DNA of 64,000 nt from Candidatus Calditenuis fumarioli (GTDB lineage Archaea; Thermoproteota; Nitrososphaeria_A; Caldarchaeales; Calditenuaceae): NCBI GenBank assembly GCA_030059665.1, contig JANVYR010000001.1:793046-857045 (forward strand), given 5' to 3'. Shown here one piece after another: positions 54,976 through 64,000 of this stretch (positions within the stretch are counted from its first letter, which is position 1; the number at the start of each line of letters is the position of its first letter). The position numbers were made by a program, and so were the translations under genes. Under the pieces are notes generated by a model, which saw only the letters and a list, made by a program, of their open reading frames with translations, searched no databases and was not told the origin of the DNA.

Positions 54976-56229
54976 TTGGAGAGCAGGCGGATCGAGAAAC
55001 TGAGGGCGAGGGTCGTCTTCGACAGCAGGGGGGACAAGACGGTGGAGGTCGAGGTGACCGTTGACGGGTTCACCGCGAGGGCCGCCGCGCCCTCGGGGAA
55101 GAGCAGGGGTAAGAGGGAGGTCCAGCCCTTCGCGGAGGGAGGGGCAGAGGGCTCGGTCAGGGCGCTGACGGAGGCGTCGCGGAGGATCATCGGCGCGACC
55201 ATGGACGACCCCCTTGCGGTCGACGTACTGCTCAGGGAGATCGACGGGACCGAGGACTTCTCCCGCATCGGAGGGAACGCTGCCCTCGCCACCTCAGTGG
55301 CCGCGGCGATGGCATACGCCGGTTCCGGGGGCGTGCCGCTCTACCTGGCCCTCTCCAGGCACCTGGGGGTCGAACCCGGGATACCGCTGCCGCTCTCGAA
55401 CGTTCTGGGCGGAGGCGCGCACGCCGGATCTGGGGCTCCCGAGTTCCAGGAGTACCTGCTGGTGCCGGTGGGCGCGAAGAGCGCGATGCAGGCCATCGAG
55501 GCCAACGTGCTCGCCTACAGGAAGCTGGGCAGGCTCCTCTCCCAGGAGGTGCGCGGCTACCCGCTCGGGAAGGGCGACGAGGGAGGGTACGCTCCGCCGA
55601 TCAGCAACAGGAAGGCGCTGGAGCTGGTGGCCAGGGCCGCACAGGAGGGCTCCGACGAGACCGGGGTCCGGATAGCCGTAGGGCTCGACGTGGCCGGAAG
55701 CAACGTCCTCGACCCCAAATCCGGAAGGTACGCGCTCAGGTCCGACGGCCTCTACCTCACCGGCGAGGAGATGGTCTCCTTCATCGGAGAGCTCGTGGAC
55801 AGGTACGGGATCGTCTACGTCGAGGACCCCTTCGCCGAGGACTCGCCCGAGCTCTTCGCGGATCTCCAGAGGTCCGTGCCGCGCGCCTTCGTCTGCGGTG
55901 ACGACCTCGTGGTGACCAGACCGGACCTGATACGTTCTGCGATGGAGAGGGGAGCGATCAGGGCTGCCATCATCAAGCCGAACCAGGTGGGCCTTCTATC
56001 CGTCGCTGCCGAGTCGGCACGGGTCTGCCATGGGCTCTCGGGTCTGCCCGTCGCGTCCCACAGGTCTGGCGAGACCACCGACGCTTACCTCTCCCACTTC
56101 GCCGTCGGGACCTGGTGTAGATTAATAAAATGCGGGCTGATCGGGGGAGAGCGAATGGCGAAGCTCAACGAGCTGCTGAGGATCGGCGAGGAGTTGGGTG
56201 GTGGGAGGATGAGGGGGTTGAGCGGGTGA
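54976..56229 (+). CDS. eno: Enolase
   Basis: DSRG, PSGKS, QE, GDEGG, EDP, GDDL, KPNQ, SHRSGET, IKCG..GER.AK.NELLRI. Confidence 0.93.
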   Translation: MESRRIEKLRARVVFDSRGDKTVEVEVTVDGFTARAAAPSGKSRGKREVQPFAEGGAEGSVRALTEASRRIIGATMDDPLAVDVLLREIDGTEDFSRIGGNAALATSVAAAMAYAGSGGVPLYLALSRHLGVEPGIPLPLSNVLGGGAHAGSGAPEFQEYLLVPVGAKSAMQAIEANVLAYRKLGRLLSQEVRGYPLGKGDEGGYAPPISNRKALELVARAAQEGSDETGVRIAVGLDVAGSNVLDPKSGRYALRSDGLYLTGEEMVSFIGELVDRYGIVYVEDPFAEDSPELFADLQRSVPRAFVCGDDLVVTRPDLIRSAMERGAIRAAIIKPNQVGLLSVAAESARVCHGLSGLPVASHRSGETTDAYLSHFAVGTWCRLIKCGLIGGERMAKLNELLRIGEELGGGRMRGLSG

Positions 56230-56864
56230 TGTCGGACCTCGCGATCACGCCTGAGATGGAGGTCGCGGAGATTCTGGTGAGGTGCAACGCCCACATCGGC
56301 GCCAAGATCAAGGTGGCCCACATGGCGCGGTTCGTCTACAGGCAGCGGTCCGACGGTGTCCACCTCTTCGAGGTCAGGAGGATCCTCGAGCGGCTCAACC
56401 TCGCCGCGCGGCTCATCTCGCTCTACCCGCCGGAGAAGACGCTGGCGGTCTCCACGCACGTCTACGGCACCAGGGCAGTTCTCAGGTTCGCGGAGGTGAC
56501 GGGGGCACGCGCGGTGGCCGGCAAGATACCGGCAGGGATGCTGACGAACAGGGAGCTCCGCTACTACGTCGAGCCGGAGATCGTGGTCGTCTCGGACCCG
56601 AGGTTCGATGCCCAGATCGTGAACGAGGCCAAGATCGCGAAGATCCCCGTGATAGCGATGTGCAGCACCGACAACACAACATCGAACGTCGACCTGGTTA
56701 TCCCGATCAACAACAGGGGCAGGCACTCGCTGCCCTTCGCCTTCTGGTACCTGGCGAGGAGGGTCCTGATAGAGCGCGGTCAGGCGACGCCGGAGCTGCT
56801 CTCCTCGATCACGCTCGATCAGTTCGTGACCCACGGCGCGACCGAGGAGGCAACCGAGGAGTGA
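56229..56864 (+). CDS. rps2: 30S ribosomal protein uS2
   Basis: AHIG, DGVHLF, GMLTN, DP..D.Q...EA, IPINNRGRHS. Confidence 0.94.
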   Translation: MSDLAITPEMEVAEILVRCNAHIGAKIKVAHMARFVYRQRSDGVHLFEVRRILERLNLAARLISLYPPEKTLAVSTHVYGTRAVLRFAEVTGARAVAGKIPAGMLTNRELRYYVEPEIVVVSDPRFDAQIVNEAKIAKIPVIAMCSTDNTTSNVDLVIPINNRGRHSLPFAFWYLARRVLIERGQATPELLSSITLDQFVTHGATEEATEE

Positions 56865-59412
56865 GCACAAGGTACGGGACCGCCCAGACTGCCAGCGATA
56901 GCGCGACGATGGCGTAGAGGCCGTCGGAGGTCGTCAGGACGGCCCCGTTCTCCCAGGGCTCCAGAACCGCCGAACCGCCTGGAACGAGGATCGCCTTTTC
57001 GCGATCGCCCACAACCGTGAGCTCGGCAACGCCGTCCCATCCCGTGACGGAGTAGGACTCGACGACGCCTGCATCGTTGACCAGCCTGACATCCACACCC
57101 GGTGCGGGTAGGCCCAGAGCGTCCCTCACCAGCACCCTGACGGTCCTGACCCGCAGGGGAACGAGGTAGTCTCCGCCGCCGAGCGGTGTCACCTGAACGT
57201 CTCCCTCCGTCTGGAGCGATCCCCTCCAGCTGACGCCCCTCACCTTCCAGACCTCTGGTAGGAGCACCTGGGAGCCCTGAGCGACCTCGATCCTCAACCC
57301 GTTGGCCTCCACGACCACCGAGGAATCCGCCGGCCCGCCAACCGAGACCCTCACCCTCTCGAGGAGCAGCACGCTCCCGGCCTCCACCTTCACAGGCCCT
57401 CTGACGACCACGCGCATTACCTCGGTTCCGAGCGAGACCAGCGCAAGCCTCCCGTCGGACTCCACGATCGCCTCCCGCGGAACGATCAGGAGCTCTCCGT
57501 CCCTCACCCAGAGCTCCCTGCTCCCCAGAGGCCCCATCTCGAGGAGGACCCTGTGCTGAAGCAGCCAGTTGGCCGACGCGACCAGCGGCCGCTCCACCTG
57601 GACCCGCAGGGTGCGCTCATCGGAGGCGACGTCACCGGACCAGCCGACGAAGACGTACCTCGATCCCTCGGAGGCCTCGTGGTGTTCGGGGACCGAGAGG
57701 GTGACGACCGAGCCGGCGTCCGCCCACAGTTCACCGGAGTAGGCCGTGACCTCCGACCTGACCTCGACCAGGTACTGGACGGCGTACCGTGCCAGAGCCG
57801 TCAGGGGCCGATCCACCCTAACGACCGTGACCGGCGATGAGGGGGCGACGTCACCAGCCCACGACCTGAACGCCAACCTGGTCCTGTTGCCGAGGTCCAC
57901 CAGCTCCTCCGCCCTCAGCTCCAGCTCCGAGCCCTCCTCAGCCCAGAGCTCGGTGACCTTCCCGATGGGTTCGCGAACCACCCTCACCAGGTGCTCCCTC
58001 GCCCACACCAGCCGGAGCTCCATCGGCCCGCTCACCTCGACGGACTCGACCGGTTGGCCGCCGACGTCGAAGCCCCTGGCGCTGAGCCTCGTTCCGTTTC
58101 CGAAGTCGACGACCGTCCTCCCAACGACCTCGCGGTAGCTCACCCTGCTGCCCTCGTCGATCCAAAGGGAGAGCTCCCCGTCGAGCGCCGCGATCCTGAG
58201 GAGGTGCTGCCTCACGTAGACCGCCTGAGCCGAGATCGGGGAGTCCACGACGATCTCGACCGACCCGTCCACCACGTTCCCCGGGCCATCCCACCTGACG
58301 AACCGGAGCCGTGTGCCGTTGTTGAAGTCGATCACCTCGTCAATCCGGACCGAGATCCTCGTGCCCCTGTCGAACCAGCCCGAGACCGGGTCGACGGGCC
58401 GCTCCACCCTCACGAAGAACTGCGTGACGTACCTCTGAACCACCGTTACGTGGTCTTTCGGCCTCAGGGTGGTCCTCGCATCGCCCGATATCCTCCTCCC
58501 CGACTCGTCCCACCAGCCCTCGAACCTGAACCTGATTCCGGCCGCGTCGGTGGGGTAGATCAGCCCTTCCGCGGTGAGCTCGACGCTCCCACCGGCCTCT
58601 ACCAGGATCGTCCTCAGCGTGACGGGAGGGCCGTCGTCGATCTGCCTGAGTATCGTCACCCTCATCCTGATCGGCAGGCCGTTGACGTCGAGCAGGTAAC
58701 GGTACGGGATCGAGGCCGGAAGCTCGACCGATGATGGCACGTCTCCGGTGCCGCCGCGGAGCCAGGAGTAGGCCACGGCCAGCGCGTAAAGGTTCAGCGT
58801 GGAGGGCCTGGAACCCCTGACGACGTAGGGATACATCAGGTCCTGGGAGTTGTCGGTGTGGTCGAGGCCAAGAGCGTGGCCGAACTCGTGCGACGAGACC
58901 ACCCTCACCAGCTCCATGTCGGAACCGACGCACCGGAGCGATATCTGGACCCTCGCCGAGACGATCTCGTCCCCGTCTCCGTTCAGGTAGGTGACGCCGC
59001 AGATCCTGCTGCCGAGGTCGCCGGCGAAGGAGACCGTTATGTCGCCGGAGGTCCCGTTGACGCCCCTGATCAGCGTGACGATCGAGAGCCTGTCGAGGTG
59101 TTCGTTGCCGTAGAGCGCCGTGAAGACGCGTATCGCCCTTCCCCACCACCTTATCCCCTCGAGGGCGTTGAGGTTGTGGGCGTCGGACGTGTGGGGCTCG
59201 AGCAACACGGTGAGCGTCGACTTCCTCCAGGAGCCGATCAGGTCTATGCGTGACGTCGAAGAGGCCTCGAGCTGGACCTGGGCCCCTTCCTCGTAGAGGA
59301 CCCTCACCGCCGTCCACGGACTCCCCTGCGGGCGCTCCCCTGACGCGAGGGCCGGCAACGGGACCGTCAGGATCAGCAGCACCAGCAACGCCAACCTACG
59401 GCCCAAGCTCAC
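56809..59412 (-). CDS. Secreted, C-terminally anchored matrixin-type zinc metalloprotease with tandem beta-repeat stalk
   Basis: Signal peptide, HEFGHALGLDH plus LMYP Met-turn, about 4 repeats of W..G..V.l.....R..F..W.GD, C-terminal TM; GTG 59412 assumed. Confidence 0.8.
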   Translation of the reverse strand: MSLGRRLALLVLLILTVPLPALASGERPQGSPWTAVRVLYEEGAQVQLEASSTSRIDLIGSWRKSTLTVLLEPHTSDAHNLNALEGIRWWGRAIRVFTALYGNEHLDRLSIVTLIRGVNGTSGDITVSFAGDLGSRICGVTYLNGDGDEIVSARVQISLRCVGSDMELVRVVSSHEFGHALGLDHTDNSQDLMYPYVVRGSRPSTLNLYALAVAYSWLRGGTGDVPSSVELPASIPYRYLLDVNGLPIRMRVTILRQIDDGPPVTLRTILVEAGGSVELTAEGLIYPTDAAGIRFRFEGWWDESGRRISGDARTTLRPKDHVTVVQRYVTQFFVRVERPVDPVSGWFDRGTRISVRIDEVIDFNNGTRLRFVRWDGPGNVVDGSVEIVVDSPISAQAVYVRQHLLRIAALDGELSLWIDEGSRVSYREVVGRTVVDFGNGTRLSARGFDVGGQPVESVEVSGPMELRLVWAREHLVRVVREPIGKVTELWAEEGSELELRAEELVDLGNRTRLAFRSWAGDVAPSSPVTVVRVDRPLTALARYAVQYLVEVRSEVTAYSGELWADAGSVVTLSVPEHHEASEGSRYVFVGWSGDVASDERTLRVQVERPLVASANWLLQHRVLLEMGPLGSRELWVRDGELLIVPREAIVESDGRLALVSLGTEVMRVVVRGPVKVEAGSVLLLERVRVSVGGPADSSVVVEANGLRIEVAQGSQVLLPEVWKVRGVSWRGSLQTEGDVQVTPLGGGDYLVPLRVRTVRVLVRDALGLPAPGVDVRLVNDAGVVESYSVTGWDGVAELTVVGDREKAILVPGGSAVLEPWENGAVLTTSDGLYAIVALSLAVWAVPYLVLTPRLPPRSRRGSRTDRA

Positions 59413-59524
59413 CCACCGGCCCAACACCCGGGTGATAAGCGATTCCGCTGCTGACGCTTCGAGGTCCTGTGGCGGGCTCAGCTGAACGGTTATCCGGTAG
59501 GCCTCCGGCTCGGCCTGGAGGGGA

Positions 59525-60193
59525 TTGCGGCTCGCGGTCTCGTGGAGCACCGGCAAGGACAGCGCCATGGCGCTCCACAGAGTCCTCTCATCGGGGAGGC
59601 ATCGGGTCGTCTGTCTGCTGACGACGCTGACCGAGGGCTACGGTAGGGTCACGATGCACGGCGTGAGGCGGGAGCTGCTCCACGCGCAGGCCTCCTCCCT
59701 GGGCCTCGAGGTCTTCGAGGTCTGGATACCTCCGAACGCTCCGAACGAGGTCTACGAGGAGAGGATGGGCAGGGCCCTCGCCGAGCTCTCGCGCAGGTAC
59801 GGAGTTGAGGGCGTCGTCTTCGGCGACATATGGCTGGAGGACGTCAGGAGGTACCGGGAGGAGAGGATGCGGGACACGGGGATCGAGCCCCTCTTCCCCC
59901 TATGGGGAGAGGACCCGCTCGGGTTGGTGGAGGAGTTCCTTCGGCTCGGATACAGGGCGTTGGTCGCCGTGGTCGATGCGGATCGACTGGACCCATCGAG
60001 GTTCCTGGGAAGGACGCTCACGCTGGAGCTCCTCGAGGAGCTGAGGGAGGTCTCTGACCCCGCAGGGGAGAGGGGAGAGTACCACACCTTCGTCTTCGAC
60101 GGCCCGGTCTTCTCCCAACCCGTCGCGTTCAGGACGGGTGAGGTCGTTGTCCGGGACGGGCGATTTCACTTCATCGATCTGCTTCCAGCCTGA
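59525..60193 (+). CDS. Diphthine-ammonia ligase-like PP-loop ATP pyrophosphatase (DUF71)
   Basis: SWSTGKDS, MHGVR, FGDIWL, PLW, DPAGERGEYHTFVFDGP. Confidence 0.88.
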   Translation: MRLAVSWSTGKDSAMALHRVLSSGRHRVVCLLTTLTEGYGRVTMHGVRRELLHAQASSLGLEVFEVWIPPNAPNEVYEERMGRALAELSRRYGVEGVVFGDIWLEDVRRYREERMRDTGIEPLFPLWGEDPLGLVEEFLRLGYRALVAVVDADRLDPSRFLGRTLTLELLEELREVSDPAGERGEYHTFVFDGPVFSQPVAFRTGEVVVRDGRFHFIDLLPA

Positions 60194-61379
60194 TCCCTCC
60201 TCTCCTCAGGTCGGCCGCGTACTTCCTTCCGTGCCACTCGACCCTCGCCTTCCCCCTCACCGTCCACGCGGTGACCCTGATGAGGGCCGACAGGATGACG
60301 AGGTGGGCCACCGGTGCAGCCAGCGCGTAGACCGCCCTCTCACCGATGCGCCTCAGGTACACCGCCTGAGCTACCAGCGAGGCGAGGATGGGGGAGAGGC
60401 ACAGGCCGACCGTCACCGGATGGGATGCCAGGACCACCGCCATCAACGGGAGCGCCGTCGGCCCTCCGAGGAAGACCAGCCCTCCGGCGAGGTACTTGGA
60501 GAGCCTACCGACGGGCCTACCGTTCCTCGAGGCCTCGTCCAGCGCGTACTGCGTGAAGAGCCTGATCAGGCCCCCGAAGTGGTCCCTGAGGCCTCCGGCG
60601 AACTCCGCCTCGTATCTGTCCGATGCGTCGAGCAGCGCGGTCCTCCTGCCCTTCGACTTCAGCAGCTCCCCCAACGCCTTGTCGTCCAGCAGCTCGCCCC
60701 TCACCGCCGCGTGACCTCCCACCGACTCGTAGGCCTCCCTCCTGACGGCGATGAACGCTCCGAAGAAGAAGGCCAGCCTCTCCCTCGGATCGTTCGACTT
60801 GCTGGGAGGAGCCAGGAGGTACATCAGCATCAGCAGCGCAGGGAGCATCACCTTCGACGCGAGGGTACGGGTGCTGAGCCTCGGTATCAGCGAGAGCGCG
60901 TCGAGGCCCTCTGAGGAGGCCGCGTCGAGGGCGTTCTGCAGCAGCCTCCGGTCCTTCAGCCTCACGTCGGCGTCGAGGAAGACCAGCCAGTCCCCGCGTG
61001 AGTTCAGGTATCCCACGTGGCACGCCCACGTCTTCCCCATCCAGCCCTCCGGCGTCCTGGGAGGGAGCACGTAAACAACGCCGCTTCGCAGGTACCGCGA
61101 GACGATTCGCTCCGTCCCGTCGGTCGAGTGGTCGTCCACCACGATCAGCTCCATCGCGACGCCCTCCTGAGCCAGCAGCGATTCGAGCGTCTTTCCGAGC
61201 ACGCTGGCCTCGTTCCGCGCCGGGACGATCACCGAGACCGTCGTGCTTTTCGAGCCGTCGCCTGAACCGGTGAGTTTCGGGACGCGGCCGAGGTTCCTCA
61301 GGGATAGGGCCAGAGCTCCCGCCCATGCGATCGCCACCAGCAGCGAGAACGCGGCCAATGCCAGCTCCTCCGCCCTCAT
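60171..61379 (-). CDS. Membrane glycosyltransferase family 2
   Basis: VIVPARNEA, VDDHSTDGT, GW.GKTWAC, FLDAD, FGAF, LLDD; N- and C-terminal TMs; ATG 61379. Confidence 0.9.
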   Translation of the reverse strand: MRAEELALAAFSLLVAIAWAGALALSLRNLGRVPKLTGSGDGSKSTTVSVIVPARNEASVLGKTLESLLAQEGVAMELIVVDDHSTDGTERIVSRYLRSGVVYVLPPRTPEGWMGKTWACHVGYLNSRGDWLVFLDADVRLKDRRLLQNALDAASSEGLDALSLIPRLSTRTLASKVMLPALLMLMYLLAPPSKSNDPRERLAFFFGAFIAVRREAYESVGGHAAVRGELLDDKALGELLKSKGRRTALLDASDRYEAEFAGGLRDHFGGLIRLFTQYALDEASRNGRPVGRLSKYLAGGLVFLGGPTALPLMAVVLASHPVTVGLCLSPILASLVAQAVYLRRIGERAVYALAAPVAHLVILSALIRVTAWTVRGKARVEWHGRKYAADLRRGGIRLEADR

Positions 61380-61434
61380 CCGGCCCCACGCCCGGAGGCC
61401 CGGATTTTGAGGTGAGCCGAGGCCCAAAGGCAAT

Positions 61435-62106
61435 GTGCTCCATACGTTCATATCCGCCGAAGGGGTCCGCGAGGCGGTGCTGAGGATACACGGCAGGGGC
61501 CTCAGGGTGGGCGTGGTGCTGAGGGACCCCGCGACCGCCAGCAGGGTCATCGAGGCCGCGCGATCCCACGGCTTCAGGCCCTTCTGGGCGCTCTCGCCAG
61601 AGGAGCTGCCCCTGGACGTCGAGGTGGTCCTGCACGACGGCTCCTACCCGGCACAGCGGAGCATCGCCTCCCTGGAGCTGCGGGGAGGTGAGGACCCGGA
61701 GGAGGCCCTGCTCAGGGCCCTCTCGCTCTACGCGTCCCGCAGGCCCGGAGGGCTTGAGGTCGCCGTGGATCCGGGAATCAGGACGGGTGCGGTCTTCGTG
61801 AAGGGCGGCTTCCTCCTCTGCTCAGGCGTCTTCAGCGGCCCGGGCGAGCTGCTGGACGCCATCAGGTCCGTCTCAAGGGCTGTCGGTGAGGAGCCCCGGG
61901 CGATCTACGTCGGCATGACCTCCGCACCGCCGCCGTTGGAGCTTGTCGAGGAGCTGAAGCGCGCCTTCCCCCGAGCGAGGATCGAGATGGTCCCCGAGGG
62001 GCCGATGAGGGACCTGAGGGTGCCTGAAGACCTGAAGGGCGACGAGCTGGACGCCTACTTCATCTACCTCAGGGCGGTCACGTGGGGAGCCCAGACCGAG
62101 CCCTGA
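61435..62106 (+). CDS. Hypothetical protein with RNase H-like (YqgF/RuvC-like) C-terminal domain
   Basis: VAVDPGIRTGAVFV, IYVG, C-terminal DELDAYFIYLRA. Confidence 0.55.
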   Translation: MLHTFISAEGVREAVLRIHGRGLRVGVVLRDPATASRVIEAARSHGFRPFWALSPEELPLDVEVVLHDGSYPAQRSIASLELRGGEDPEEALLRALSLYASRRPGGLEVAVDPGIRTGAVFVKGGFLLCSGVFSGPGELLDAIRSVSRAVGEEPRAIYVGMTSAPPPLELVEELKRAFPRARIEMVPEGPMRDLRVPEDLKGDELDAYFIYLRAVTWGAQTEP

Positions 62107-63237
62107 TCAGGGCGGCTTGATCCCGTCCCTCATGCGCCTGCCGATGGAGGACTCGACGCCGTAGACGGCCTGGTAGTGTCCCCTGAGCTCAGAGGTCAAC
62201 TCGTCCGGCGGAACTATCGAGACCCGCACTATCAGGTCCCCCCTTCCTCCGTCCCTCCCCCACCATCCCCTTCCCCTGATCGCGAACCTCTGACCCGATC
62301 TGGTTCCCGGCGGTATCCTGACGGTGATGGGGCCGTCGAAGGACTCGAACCTCACCTCTGTCCCGAGGACCGCCTCGCTCGGGGTTATCGGCACCCTCAC
62401 GTGGACGTCCTGGCCGACCTTACGGAAGTGCTTGCCGCCGTCGATCCGCAGCAGAAGCCTCAGGTTCCCCACCTCCCTGTCCCGGACCTCGATCAGCTGG
62501 CCGTCCTCGACGATCCTCGGTATCCTCACCTCCACCTCCCGGTTCAGCCGGACCACTCCCCTCCCCGCGCAGACCGAGCAGGCCTTCTCGACCACCTTTC
62601 CCCTGCCCATGCAGGACCTGCAGGTGGTGACCGTCGTCATGAAGACGCCCGCCGATACCCTGCGGTAGACGACCTGTCCGGAGCCGTTGCAGTCCCTGCA
62701 GACCCTCAGGTGTCCCGGCTCGGCACCGGTACCGTTGCACCGCGCGCAGACCTCCTCGACTGGGACCGTCAGCCTCACCCTGCCTCCGTTGAAGGCCTCC
62801 CTCATCCCGACCGTCACCTCGTAGACCCGCTCCTGCCTCACCTCACCGCCGAAGCCCGTCCACCCGAAACCGATGTCCCTGAAGAGCCGCTCGAAGAGCG
62901 AGTCGAAGGCCCCGAACCCGAGGTCCCTCAGGACCTCCTCTATGTCCCTCCAGCTGGACCTGAATGCCTCCCGCTGGAACTCCTGCTGGGATGCGTACTG
63001 CCCGGAGAGGCCCTCGTGGCCGTAGAGGTCGTAGAGCCTCCGCTTCTCGTCGTCGATGAGGACCGAGTAGGCCTCGGTGATTTCCTTGAACCTCTCCTCC
63101 GCCTCCGGCGACTTGTTCCGGTCCGGATGCCACTGGAGCGCCAGCCTCCGGTAGGCCCGCTTGATCTCCTCCTTCGTCGCGTTCCTCGGAACCCCGAGTA
63201 TCTCGTAGTAGTCCTTCTTCCTTCCCGTCGACGACAT
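62107..63237 (-). CDS. dnaJ: Chaperone DnaJ (full-length class A)
   Basis: [14 protein letters not shown] region, four CxxCxGxG repeats, C-terminal domain; ATG 63237. Confidence 0.96.
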   Translation of the reverse strand: MSSTGRKKDYYEILGVPRNATKEEIKRAYRRLALQWHPDRNKSPEAEERFKEITEAYSVLIDDEKRRLYDLYGHEGLSGQYASQQEFQREAFRSSWRDIEEVLRDLGFGAFDSLFERLFRDIGFGWTGFGGEVRQERVYEVTVGMREAFNGGRVRLTVPVEEVCARCNGTGAEPGHLRVCRDCNGSGQVVYRRVSAGVFMTTVTTCRSCMGRGKVVEKACSVCAGRGVVRLNREVEVRIPRIVEDGQLIEVRDREVGNLRLLLRIDGGKHFRKVGQDVHVRVPITPSEAVLGTEVRFESFDGPITVRIPPGTRSGQRFAIRGRGWWGRDGGRGDLIVRVSIVPPDELTSELRGHYQAVYGVESSIGRRMRDGIKPP

Positions 63238-63358
63238 CCCCTCCTCGCAGTACCTCGACCCCCTCAAAACGTTCAGCGGAGGTGAGGCGGTATGGAGTCG
63301 CCTGAGCGGACGTCAGGTGAGTGCGGGCCGGGTCTCTGTGGGACCCCGCCACGGGCTG

Positions 63359-64000
<642 letters not shown>

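Overview
High-GC archaeal chromosomal window. The gene set (Rpo3/Rpo4/Rpo10, aIF2-alpha, Nop10, PriL, Top6B, tRNA splicing endonuclease, HMG-CoA synthase/thiolase/DUF35, DKFP-type shikimate entry) and the 16S sequence indicate a thermophilic TACK archaeon, most likely Aigarchaeota/Caldarchaeales-like (inference). It is mostly dense housekeeping and metabolic genes, plus one intron-containing tRNA-Leu(UAA) and the 3' ~640 nt of a 16S rRNA gene. The strongest unexpected signal is a 22-codon Phe/Tyr/Trp-rich leader ORF with alternative base-paired segments directly upstream of the asd-aro operon, which looks like a leader-peptide attenuator in an archaeon. Other notable items: a compositionally foreign DprA+PRTase pair (ShosTA-like defence candidate); a 4-TM protein with a C-terminal C4HC3 RING-like finger; a CBSx4-HPF-like fusion; compensated substitutions in the 16S decoding centre that mismatch common primers; a 16S gene not followed by 23S; and a nop10 that needs a CTG start. 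No CRISPR array, transposase or integrase was seen. All calls come from motif recognition by eye; no database searches were run.
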